From Ylistrum balloti (lineage: Eukaryota), in assembly GCF_031769215.1 (NCBI RefSeq), contig NW_026782690.1, positions 186,001 through 250,000 on the forward strand: a stretch of 64,000 nucleotides of DNA, in the 5' to 3' direction. The position numbers were made by a program, and so were the translations under genes. Below the pieces are notes generated by a model. That model was not told where the DNA came from. It did not search any database and saw only the letters and a program-made list of their open reading frames with translations. Every line of letters begins with the position of its first letter. Within the stretch, counting starts at the first letter, position 1. Positions 52,164 through 64,000 of this stretch are shown one piece after another.

Positions 52164-55100
52164 CAGCAATAAATTTCACTTTTCCGCAGATTAGTGTCTT
52201 CCATTCAGTGTTTACGTCATTTTCCTGTATAGCATCCCATCAATTCACTTTGCATTGTATCGGTAGGCCGTTCTTAAATGGTGTTATTACCTTTCAGTCA
52301 ATTCTAGCATCACTGTTGTGTTCAACACTTGATCTACAACAAGTGTACATGAGACATGCATGTTTATGGCGTCATCATGAACCTCACCATTTTATTTATG
52401 TAGGTACCTCCCTATTAAGACATTCGCCTTAAAATATCAATTCAAACACGAGCTTGAATCCTCACAGTTTGGTGTCCTAAGACTATATGTATCATATCTA
52501 GGCTGTATGTGTATCCAGGCATTAAACTTTGAATGCATTGATGCATGAAATCTCGTTAACTTTGGAACCCTTTGCTCGCAATAACCTTAAAATAACATGT
52601 TTGATGAATATAATGACACTCAGGTGGAAATATAAGGGGTTTTTAAATATTTTATCGTAACCTTATACAACCTGGAGTTTGATCACGATTATGGTCCACT
52701 GTTTACACTTTTGTTTGTCCTTATGGTGTTTTTTTTTCTCCATCACCACTCTTTATGTCTGATTCAAGTAACTGTAACTTTTGGAAGTTCTGCAAGTGGC
52801 AGGTATCTTCACACTCTCACTCGGGAATACGAATGAAATATAACTGTATCAAAACATGCACTGGTTTTGTTGGACCAGCAAATAATTCTAGTACAATAAT
52901 GTCGGCTATTACTGTTATTGTTTCATTGCGTGACGAGTTTTCACCGATCAGCACTACTCCTTTCTAATAACAATAAAATAGCACTACTTTCTTATAACAG
53001 TGATGAGTTTTCTAAACCTGATTGTGACTTCTCATATAATGACACCGCTGTCCAGAAAAGTACACAAGCTTAGATACATGCTTGGTTGAAAGTTTAAAGA
53101 TTTTGATGAAAAACAGTCTGGTCAGTTCAATCACAAAAGAAAACCTTTCCTTGCAAGTTATTCCTTGTGAAATGATGCCTCGGTGAACGGAAAATGCAGC
53201 GAGGCCCGGCCCGGCTGTTGTGTGCTTCGAGGTTATCTATGGAGTCATGTTTAAGGCGGTAGCAAAGGATTTTGAGATCCGACTTTGAATACTCATGGTA
53301 ACCCTTTTTATCCCCCCAATGTTTTTAGAACAACCATTTAAAACTTGTAAACACAACTTTGTTATAATTTCACATTGAAATGTAGTGTTATTTTATTATC
53401 ATTACCGATACTATACTAATGGTATACATTAACAATCTCAGTAGATTACAGTATTTTTGTATTGTTCTTGAACATTACGTTGTTTGGATTAATCTTCTTA
53501 ATTTTACTTAATGTAAATATCATCTGCAAACATTTCATTGACTAGAGGTAAGTAATATGACAGCCCTTGTTGAATGCTTGCAGGATGTGATAAATTATCT
53601 TCACGATAAGAAAACAATCTTCTTGGTACATTGGAACGGAGCGACATAGGGACATACTTGGAGGAATATAGATTTTTTTTCCAACGAACTAAGGTTAAAG
53701 TGTAATTTATGTAATTTTCACATGTAAATATTTCATGAACCAGAACAGATAATTAATATATGTCTATTTTTCACTTTCACGATTTGATGGAATATAGCCA
53801 AAACTGGATGATCGATGTTATGGACGGTTAAATACCAAATACAAACACTTAACTTTTACTGGACCACAGATGGTCGAATATTCGTTAAACTTTCACGGTC
53901 GAGTGAAAAGTCCTCATCAAAAACATACCACATCTACTGCAGCTTGTACCAACAGCTGAAAATTGTGAAGTATATTATCTACTATTCTGTAATATTGCAT
54001 ATGTTTCGCTTATTTCTCATGTAAGTCAGCTAGCCTTGGAATAATATTGTAACCGTTAACTTCATATCATACATGTATGTACTTATTTTGATTGGATATG
54101 ATTTTCTTGTTTTGTACAATGTGCTCTTTCATTGCAGTGTTATTGTTGTACTTATGAGCGTGAAGGCTCACAGTGAATTTTCAATAAACAATAAACAGTT
54201 GTTAGTACAGTCCGACTATACTGGGTTAAAGTATATATATATATATATAGATATATATATATATAACTAACATGATTCAAGTTTGGTTCCCGCGCAGTTT
54301 CGCGCAAACCTTACCCTCTTGAAAGTGACTTGAAATTTGATTGCCTTTTATCTGTACACACTGGCACCTTCATCAATGCAGAATAGCAGAAAATGCCTTG
54401 CGTCTATTCAACCGAACTTAGTATTGAATATGAAAGTGTGCAAAAATAAGGCGCAGGAATTATATAAATGAACAGAGAACACAAATAAATACTTTTGGGC
54501 TCAGACCTCACAAATGAAGTCCATGAAAAATATATGTATTTTCGGAGAAAAAATAATTTGTCCCTTTTAATTAGATGTTTGCCTGAAAATTTGATGTAGA
54601 TTTGCTGTGGAGACGATAATAATTTTCACCTCTACTTGTGACCCTGATGTGTGTAATCGACTGGAGTGTACCTTAAGAAAATGCTGAACATGATGGGTTG
54701 AATTGTTTATATTTTGGTTCTCAGATATTGATCTTTGCCAGGTAAGATTTATATTTGCAAAATGAAATTCTGGAATTTAGGTATGAATTTGAATGTTACA
54801 ATGAAATATATAGTAAATCCAATTGTGGTCTCGGTCCTTCATATACCTGCTACCCTCGTCATTTGATCGTCAAATGCGACTTGGGACCTTCACCTTTTCT
54901 AAAACATTTTTCATTTATGTCACTTTTAACACTACCTCGTTTCCTGTTGGTATTTTCCATCCGCCTTTACGCAAAAGGACGCTTCAAAGTGGTATATTCC
55001 CTTGATGTCCTTCAGATTTGAACGGAATGCATTAGGACCGGCTATTTCATTATAAATTGGTGAATCTCTGAACACCATTTATTTAGTTATTTATTTATTC

Positions 55101-57702
55101 ATTCATTTCTCTACAAAGCATTTTGTTTTGAATAGGATTACAGTTTTTCTCACTTTCAACACGTAAATTTACCTGTACGTCTTACCCGATGGTACTAAGG
55201 AACGGATATAACTTGCATCTTTTATTTTCCATTTTCAAATTATTGAAACGTTTTTTAAACATCAGCAAAAGTTTTTTGTAAATGTATTGCATAGTGATAA
55301 ATATCATATTTCATGTTATTTTGCAAATTTTGTAATACTAATTATAATTATAATAATAGTTTAATTATTTTAAATAAGTAGCTCGGATACGTGTAAGTAT
55401 TTGTTTTCTTTTCATCTATTTAATTCTCTTTTACCATATACAGTTCAAAGAAACTTACTACACCATTTAATATATCATGTCTTTTTATATGGTATTATGT
55501 TGTTGTATGTATCGTTGTTTTCATTGCACATCATATCATGGAGAACAAATGTTGCTTAAAATTGTTCTGATAAATCCATACTCATTTCAAGATTCTAATA
55601 TAAATGTAATAAAACTTTGATCTTCTTATGATTAGGCAGTGATTGGCAATAACTTTATTTATTTCAGTCTCTTTGCAAAAAAACCAATGTATAGAGAACA
55701 TATATTTACATTTAACAAAAATGTACATTGATGACACCTCATAAGACCTTTTAAAGAAGACTTTGTTAAACTTGAAGTTTTGACATTATTAGAATTCATG
55801 AGCTTTGAAACTTTATATATGGATACTGTAGTAATATTTATGGATATTTGACGTTCTCTCAGAAATCAAAAGTGGGAATTTCAATAGATATTGAAGTTTA
55901 TCACATATGTCGTTTGTATCACAATGATGATAATTTTGTTTTGGTATTCTATCTTACTCCACCTGCCAGTTTCACCTATGAATGTATGGTTACTTGTTTT
56001 AAATACAAAGCAACCATGGTTCCGCTTTTTTCATTTAATATAGCACACTGTTTTTCATAAATTATTTTAATATATTCTATAGCAAATGGATATCAAAGAA
56101 TGACAAATATTCGGGGGTTTTTTATAAAAGATGATCGTTTAATATCTGCTTAAGAACTAGTTCTACCCATTAAGGATGAAATTTTCTAGAAACTGGGAAT
56201 TCCATATACATTTGTACAGCAGATCGCATTGATTCAAATTATTTTTTATGAAAGTGTAGTATGCTACTTCACTATTTCTACTTAAAGAAACATGCTAAAA
56301 CAAAAGTTTATCATACATTGCAACACTTTGTAATGTTATTCATCGCTTATTTGCTGGTAATTACAATACATCAGATTTTGTCTTGCCGCTCAGTATTATC
56401 ACCGCACATACATTTCCAAACCTATTAATTACTTGAGTCTCTTTTTCTAGAAAAAAATATATAGTCTGTCTTTGTGTTGTAGTTGTTATAATTTCCGATA
56501 AAATAATTTGTTTTGGGTTTGTTTGTACGAATAGGTTATTTAGTGGGTTTTTTTCCATTTGAAATCTTATATATTATCATATATAAACATTCAAATATTT
56601 TCAAAATTAATATCTTTCAAATATGAAGAAATGTATTGTATCATATGCATTTTGTGAGACGAATGAAAAATTCGGGTAAAAATCCAGGTGAATAAGACAA
56701 CCTCTATGGAACAGTATAACATTGACTCTTTTTATTTAGGAAATTGTAAATACAGAAGACAATTATTATATTGACATTTCCCTGTGGTATCACTTAAAAG
56801 CGAACGTCTATAGAAACGTCACGGCGGATTTGTCCGCTGTAGCGGAGGATGTAAAATCCAAAACAACACGGAAACATGTGTTCACCTTCGATGGAATTGT
56901 TACCCTGTCAGTACTTCTCGTCGGAGAATATAAAGAAAGTCAGAAAATGCACGTGCATTTCATTGAGGTAACATTCTACCATATTATACAGGTGGCTCCG
57001 TGTACTTTTAAGCTGTAGAATAAGCATGCTGTTGTACCAAAATGGGTTTATTAAAACAAAAACAATACCATTATGAAAAAAGCGACACAAGGAGACAATA
57101 AACTGTGCAATCGAAAAACACGGGAAAGCTCTCAAATTTACATTTGGATGTGACAGTGTTCTGATATTATGCCACCCATCCAGGTGTCACAAAAGACGGT
57201 TTCTCATCGAGTTCACAAAACAACAAAAATAATAAATTGATAACTTGGTCGTTTGTTTGTCTAATAAAAACTTGACTGTTAGCGACAGTAAGCTCGATCT
57301 TCAAAAACAATTCATGTCAATAATACTGAAGTATATTTGATTCGTCCAAAATCAAGACCATCAATAATGGAGTCTACTGGAAGTGGTATAATTCTTTTAA
57401 CAAATGATAGACAACGGATTTGTGCGGGATAGGGGTGGTTGCCTTGTAGGCATATACTGAGACGTTCTGAAGAATAAACTTTACAAACTAATGGATTCCA
57501 AATATTTCAACTTAGCTTTCCCAAATTTACTTGATACATATATGTGAATTATTTTGTATTGTCCTTCCAACATGTTATTGCAAGACTGATACATGTACGT
57601 CATATACTTATGACGTCTAATCAAACCAGAGCTTCAATAGGTGTTCCTACGTTTGCTTTCATCACATACTTCTGTCAGGACACTGTTTGGAAAACAGACA
57701 CT

Positions 57703-60295
57703 TCATTTGATACTGTGAAAGAAACGCCCGTGAAAAGTCATAGGAACACGTGTCGGTAGGTTCGCTTTGTGAGCAGTTGTCATAGAAACGGCATCAATAA
57801 CGGCAAGATAACTTGCATTCTTCTCTCCATCAAGAACGGGTACTAACAAGAAGCCATCGTCTTCTTTAGGTTTCGACTCGTTGTCGGTAGGAAAAGGAAT
57901 AAACCACATTTCCGCCGGGTAATGATAGCGATAGAACCACATCCGATCTTTTCCATTACCACAAAGATCTTTTTTGACGAGAGCAATGTAGCTATACTGC
58001 GTGTCATCACACTTAGGAACCATACCGTACACGTAGCAGTAATTCCGAGACCGGTAAACTTCGTTGATTACTGGCATGTCAAACTTTGTTACACACGGAT
58101 ACCTGGCCGATTCCGGAAATGACTTCACACTAACCTGCGTTCTGTTTAGATTAATACCGTAACGTGTCAAAATCGAATGTGGATTCAGTTTATTCCTTTC
58201 AGAACGGTTAAGCAAGGTTTCCATGTTCAAGTCGAAGATGAGTGAGGCGTCCGGATATGTTGGTAAGTCTATAATAATTTCTTTTGTCCAAGTCTCGTAC
58301 GCGTTTATATGGTGCATATAGAAAATTGGCGGCGCGCTAAAGGTTCGAACAATCCCAGTCCTGATCTCAATAACATGTATCGTCATGTTCTTCCTTGCAC
58401 CCTGCCATTTCAATCCGTTTGAAATGAATGCAGTTGGTAGGAGTGCTTTCGTGTTGACAAATAGCGGTGGGGAGAAAAATATCACATAGTTTGGAGTAAC
58501 AGAAAAGGAGTGCATGTATGGAACCTCGTGTATGTCCACCGACCACTGCGCCACAACTTCTCGATCATCCGTCGACTTTATTCGGATAAGTGAAATGCGA
58601 TGTTTTACTCCAGGAACAACAGCTACACTGACCAAGTACGTGAAAAGGTGAGGGGTGCCATATTCCGGAAGTGGATGAGCGGACGACATAATATTCTGAA
58701 AAATGAAACTGTTAATACCACCGAAAGATGGCACCTTTGGGTGTTGATACCCAATCGTGTCAAGAGACAACGGGTTGATTTCATAATTATCCCAGATATC
58801 ATTTAATGAAACAAAATCGCCATCTTTATTTCTCTGGGAGGGAAATCGAAAAATGTTCACATTCATGTTGTCCATACTCCGCCACAAGGCTAGCAACACC
58901 TGTAGGTGATTAAACCGTGGATGAGTAGGTCCGAACAGGACGTATGGAGATATATCTTTCTGTGAGATCGACTTACTGTAGAAGTCAGATTTGATGAATT
59001 TAGTAGAGAAGAATACGGAGCCGTTTCCTATAAACCGCCAACTGTAGAGTTTTCCAAATCCGTCAAACATATGAGAGAAGCGGCGATTCCCAACCTCGAA
59101 CTGACCAGGTCCATTTCTAATCTGTATTTAAATGGAAGAGAAATATATTTCGCGTATCTGTAATAATACGATCACTATATCACTACAATATGTATTTTGG
59201 TCACTTGCAAAATATATGTAATTACAGATACAGAATTGTTTGTAACTATATGCAGTATTTCATCATTCGATTAATTAATTTGTTCTAGACGTAGGCCTAT
59301 CGAAGAGCATATCAAAACAAAACAAAACGACATTGCAAAGTCCAGATGTCTTGATGGCGTTTTGTCTTCAAAATAACAAGAGATTTGGTGACCAGGACCA
59401 GTATTCATGAAACCATTATCATGCTCAAGCATAGATTTTGTGCTCAAGAGAATTTTTTTTTTATAATTCGCCTACATCATACAGAATAATACAAATGTCA
59501 AATATAAACATTGAATATAACTTTGACTTGAAGTCCTTTCATACTTTTTTAAAACCTTTGGCAAAATCAGTCTTATCTATCAATTTTTAACTTAAACAAG
59601 ACATAAGGCTTGAGCACAAATATGCTTGAGCAGGAGAACGGTTTCATGAATACGAGCCCAGTGGTCTCTCGTATATGCCCACCAGAATTGGAAATCAAGG
59701 ACTCCTCTACATCGGCCGCATATCTCGATATTTTCCTACTATGAAACCAAAATGGAAAGCTTTCCAACAAGCTGTATGATAAGGGTTATAATTTAAATTT
59801 CCCCATTGTATTTCTTTCTGGATAGTAACATGTTGCATTTGATTCGATATTCCCAAGACTGTTCATTATCTGAGAACAGTTGATAGCTGAGAAGATACTC
59901 GAAGAAAATAGACCTACTTGTGAGACTCTGTTTACTTATGAATCGAATACGTAAATTTATTTTTATGTGTAATATATCGATTGATTGATTGTCAAGTCTA
60001 AATTGAAATCAAGTGCTTCTGTTACTTGGAATAAGCATTTGTGTATTAAAGCAATATAATTATCTGCCGTGCTGTGTTTTTCAAAACATACCAATGTTCC
60101 CGTGATCCATCGAGGTATCGGTTTATCAAAGTGTATGGGCACGTTCTCCATTTCCTCTGTGTTTGTACGAAACAGTTCCTCGAAACCCTTGTCATGCACG
60201 ACATTCTTGTGAGAAGAGCGTGTCCGCAAGCATAATTCTACTCTTGTCCAACACGTCCAGGTGAGGAGAAGGACATTAAACAATGAATGGGTCAT
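57703..60295 (-). CDS. Carotenoid cleavage oxygenase (RPE65/BCO superfamily, BCO-like), 2 coding exons, 540 aa
   Basis: Exon 1 60295-60092 (68 codons, donor gtatgt; in-frame TAA 12 nt upstream of the ATG); exon 2 59121-57703. Motifs IPRWITGTL-IRNGPG, HMFDGFGKL, DNMNVN, and four Fe-ligand His contexts SAHPL, YMHSF, MHHINAYE, TFHGRF. Confidence 0.93.
59320..59830 (+). mobile_element. Decayed Penelope-like RT fragment (mollusc KLYDKRDDFNFPIV type) in the oxygenase intron, split by a MITE
   Basis: Removing 59396-59661 rejoins IAKSRCLDGVLS..NKRFGD (cf. RYIDDVLS) to PPELEIKDSSTSAAYLDI..GKLSNKLYDKGYNLNFPIV. Confidence 0.7.
59396..59658. mobile_element. PIF/Harbinger-type MITE, 263 bp, ~50-bp imperfect TIRs, CAG target duplication
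   Basis: Left gaccagtattcatgaaacc...tgctcaagcata..tttgtgctcaag; the right end is its reverse complement. CAG at 59393-59395 and 59659-59661. Confidence 0.8.
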
Positions 60296-62109
60296 TCTGA
60301 CGATTTAAGTTCTAAAAGTAATCACATAACTGACACTTTCCGACTTGACGTTTCAAATAAATAAGAAATATTTGGATTTGACAAAAAGACTTAACATTTC
60401 ATCGTTCAGAAGAGAACGTCACTATACAAACGATAATTAAATTGTATATTTATTTGTACAGCAGCACATACTTCCGTTCGCCTGACAACTTTAACGAAAT
60501 AGCTACTGAACTATTAAACCTCTAGTTTCTAGTTAGCTGACGCAATGCCATCAGCTCCAGCATGAAGGCTCTGTGTGATACCTGGAGCTCATGTACTTAA
60601 ATATCCTTACTACAGATCTGACGAATCACGGCTGTACATACATCTGTTTGTTCACTACACATCTTCTACAATAGCATTAGACTTTCTATCTAAAGATGTT
60701 ACGTAACGTTCTCGTAAAGAAAAATTAAAACCTCAATTACAAAAAAAAATCATTAAAAAACACTTGTCACTTGTATGCACCTAATGCTGTTTAAAAGGTC
60801 AAATTAAACTGGTGCAGTGTCAGATATAATCACGTCATAACCTTATCTGAGCCATTCTTGTCTTCAATCACGTAAGGTTTTAGGCACTTTAGAAGTTACT
60901 TCCCATGCGAGACTTAATAGTTGAACTAAGGACATTACGTAACACGCTTTCCTGTTCAATTTGAATGATCAAATATCAACCTGAAGGTTTTTCTTTTCTT
61001 TTTAAACAGATTGAAGCTCTTGGTATTTTACTTTAGTATCATTCAATTATTGTGTAATAACTGATAAAACAATCAATTCGGTTCACAATCAGCATGTTTA
61101 GTGGATGTTTGATACTAGCAATAACGATGTGAAGTCTTAGATGGACAATTTGAAACTTGAATTTAAAATGATCTAAACATTAGATTAAAACAAAGACCAA
61201 AAACAAAAAACAAAACAAAAACAAAACAAACATACAAGACATGCCCTCAGGTCTTCCGACATTCACAAGTAATGTTTATCACACTCTTGCGAGTTAGAAG
61301 TTATGAACCGAAGAATATACTTTTGACATGAGCTAGACTTAAATCTCGGATGATATCGAAAAACAGACCCGAAAATAGTGACACATCGCCTTTCCATTCT
61401 AGAAAAAAGCAGTCGATGTCATTAATCTGCATTCAGTAAATAAAAGAAACCTTTTATTTCGATGAGACATTCGTCTTTACATTCATTGTGCGAACTAAAA
61501 AAATATATAATCATCTCTACGCCTTACCATTCTATAGACAAAAAAGCCAGGTTTTCGAGTGAAGTGACACGTTTGTGTTCACGGTATGTTCTTTCTTTAA
61601 CACATACGACAGTCTTCTTCGTTAAGAACACAATGTCAGTGAACTTCGTAGTGTGTATAGTTTATAGGAAAAAATCCCATGAAATGTAGCAGAGAAGGAA
61701 CATTTAACTTATCAGAGGTTCACGGAGAGTACTTTCTACCATCATCAACCTTTCATAATAGAAAACTATTAAGACCAATAAGATCACGCGATGAATTCAG
61801 ATTGTATACATGTAATTAACATTCTTTTTAGAATTAAGAGATTTACAAAATTATGAAGTTTATTGAACATTAATTTATCATAGTCGCCTCATAGGATTCA
61901 AATTCCATTTAATAAAAATAATTAGGGGGAGGGGGTTATGGAAATTAAATTCATCTTTCTTATTCGAAGAAAATTATCTACAGCCGGTAAAAGATACTAT
62001 TTTAGAAACAAAATTACAATACTGTCTTCCAGTGTATAATAGACAACGTATATCTAGTATTCCAGATACAGAAACAGATTTTTAAAACCTTATCTTGTTC
62101 TTTATATAG

Positions 62110-62544
62110 AAAATAATACAGAAAACAACCTAAGGAAAGTAATTCAGGCTATGGAACAACAGGGGCAAGTGGACATTGAGGAATTAGACAAACAAACAAA
62201 AACAGGAATTAGAAACTGTTAGGTTAGAGAAGATTGAAGGTAGCATAGTAAGATCTCGTGCAAGATGGCAGGAAGAAGGGAAAAACCAACAAGATATTTT
62301 GTTAGTTTAGAAAATAGAAACCACACATCTAAAATTATTCCAAAGTTAGAGACAGAAAATAAAGGTACATTGACACAGCAGAAGAAAATTCTTGAAGAGA
62401 TTAGGCTATTTTATGAAAATTTATATATGGAAGTTAACTTCCTAGATGATGTGAACTTGAATGAATTTTTAGACACTTTTAATGTTCCAAAGTTAGATAA
62501 TATAGTTTCTGATAGTTTAGAGGGGGGGAATTACTATAAAAGAG
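62110..62544 (+). mobile_element. L1/Tx1-clade LINE ORF2 linker fragment, cut off at 62544
   Basis: KIEGSIVRSRARWQEEG / EKPTRYFVSLENRN..KILEEIRLFYENLY..PKL..SDSLEG / ITIKE, the endonuclease-RT linker of Tx1-like LINEs, with frameshifts. Confidence 0.85.
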
Positions 62545-62890
62545 CAAGGGGTCCAACCTTAACCGTAGGTCACGGCCTAACTATCCCCGGTCACAACCAA
62601 AATGGCGGCGACCATCCGCTTCACGACACAGCGGTGAGTAAAATAAGTGTTTTGTCTGCTTACAGAGAACGTTCCTTATCACATCAATATTGCGTTTCGG
62701 ATCTAGAGGAATTTATCTTTATATTCGTGCAACGAATTCACAATATAACCCAGTCCTGTAAAAATATACGTGAAAAAACCTCAGTGTTTTGACAGTCAAA
62801 ACTGGTATCGAGGTCGGTTTTCCTACTTATTTGACTAATATATTACGTATCAAACATTTGTATGGTGTAACAATAACAGAATATGCACAA
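62545..62890 (+). mobile_element. Copy 2 of the young interspersed element (see 20175-20465)
   Basis: Near-identical inverted match to 20175-20465. Begins abruptly inside the Tx1 fragment. Confidence 0.85.
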
Positions 62891-64000
62891 AGTAAAACAA
62901 GTTTGATATGTTTGACCACGGACTGGTTTGACAAACACTGTTTTCTTTCTTTATTGATGAAGTGAAATAATCAAGAAACGGTGACCCTGCAATGAATACT
63001 TTGTGTGAGAATTAGTTATGGACATGTACTCTGTTTAATGTACATGCTATATTGTATAAAGTAAAATATAAAATGGGGGAACGTAACAGTAGTACAAGGG
63101 TTAGATTTCCTATACATTTGAATTATTTTATTTTGGAGTCCATTTCTACTGACATTAATGAGGAGTTATAACATATCCAGATAATAAAGAATGTACACTA
63201 ATGGAAACACAATGAGAACAATTCAAAATCTACTGTTACGGCACAGACTTGGAGGAGTGGCCTCCCCTAGCACGGGGCCGTGCCGTGAACGAGTGTAAAC
63301 AAATGACCCACGATCACAGAACATGTAAATGCAAAATCGGAAAATTTCACGGTTGAATGCGACGAACCGAAAATTAAAATCGTCTGTTAATAAAAGCATC
63401 TTGGTATCCAAATTAACTCATTCATAGTAATAAATTTTGAAACATTTAATTAGTTTTATGTAGAGAATCTATTTGGAGATTTATTAGAATTTTTGTTCCG
63501 GAGATATTAACTTCCTAATATCGGTGTCGTTTCCGGGAACGGCGTACACTTTTCACCCCACCTGTATGATGACGTATGATTATGTTTTTATTATACATAT
63601 TATTTTCTCTCTTATTCGTTGAAACAATTCAAAATATTTAAGATATTACCTTATTGTTAGCAAAATAAATACATCAACACCATTAAAACAGAGGTATTTT
63701 ACCCCGATTTTGACCAATACTATAAATCGTCGAACCCAAATTTTGACCGGCTCGGAAAAGAGGCTGGACTGTGGACTTCGTTCGAAAATAAATTACTAAA
63801 TAACATCAATTTTGTTAAATAAAGCAGGGTCAATGTTCGGATTTATTTTCCAAAAATGTGGTGTTATTAATCCTCGAGTAAAATTTTCTGATATACATTC
63901 TGTTATATTTATATTTCATATATTTGAAACGAATACCGAAACTGCGTAGTAAAAAACAGGATTACCTTAAATTGTCCTAGTTTCGATACGGATATTCCGA

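Noticed and set aside
52740-52975. Minus-strand frame with NSS/NET sequons and a hydrophobic stretch
   Set aside because: Interrupted by a stop, no splice context or family motif.
60545-60592. 8-bp inverted repeat agctccag/ctggagct upstream of the oxygenase
   Set aside because: Short stem with a long loop; expected by chance, and no snoRNA, SECIS or miRNA features.
62265-62792. 175-aa ORF in the supplied track
   Set aside because: Chimeric read-through from a frameshifted Tx1 relic into a non-coding element; not a gene.

Overview
AT-rich, intron-containing eukaryotic genomic DNA. The repeat families look bivalve, probably oyster (inference). Six protein-coding genes can be reconstructed exon by exon with GT-AG junctions and open frames: (1) an 11-exon NSUN6 tRNA m5C methyltransferase (+, 3362-15053); (2,3) a convergent inverted pair of 3-exon MFSD4/NaGLT1-like MFS transporter paralogs (+ 26266-29067; - 35666-38336); (4,5) a divergent pair of 2-exon, 79-aa secreted single-domain Kunitz genes (- 44166-45606; + 50748-52163), one with a non-canonical binding loop; (6) a 2-exon carotenoid cleavage oxygenase of the RPE65/BCO superfamily (- 57703-60295) that starts with a signal-peptide-like segment and has five N-glycosylation sequons. 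Introns and intergenic DNA hold Helentron-type non-autonomous elements (one with a ~155-bp satellite-like array), Penelope-like relics (one beside a hammerhead-like motif), I-clade and L1/Tx1 LINE relics, a Tc1 transposase relic, MITEs, a V-type SINE and a two-copy element carrying a YY1-like motif plus a splice donor. An assembly gap spans 42943-43204. Most short ORFs in the supplied track are spurious or are single exons with read-through into introns. All family calls come from motif recognition by eye; no searches were run.
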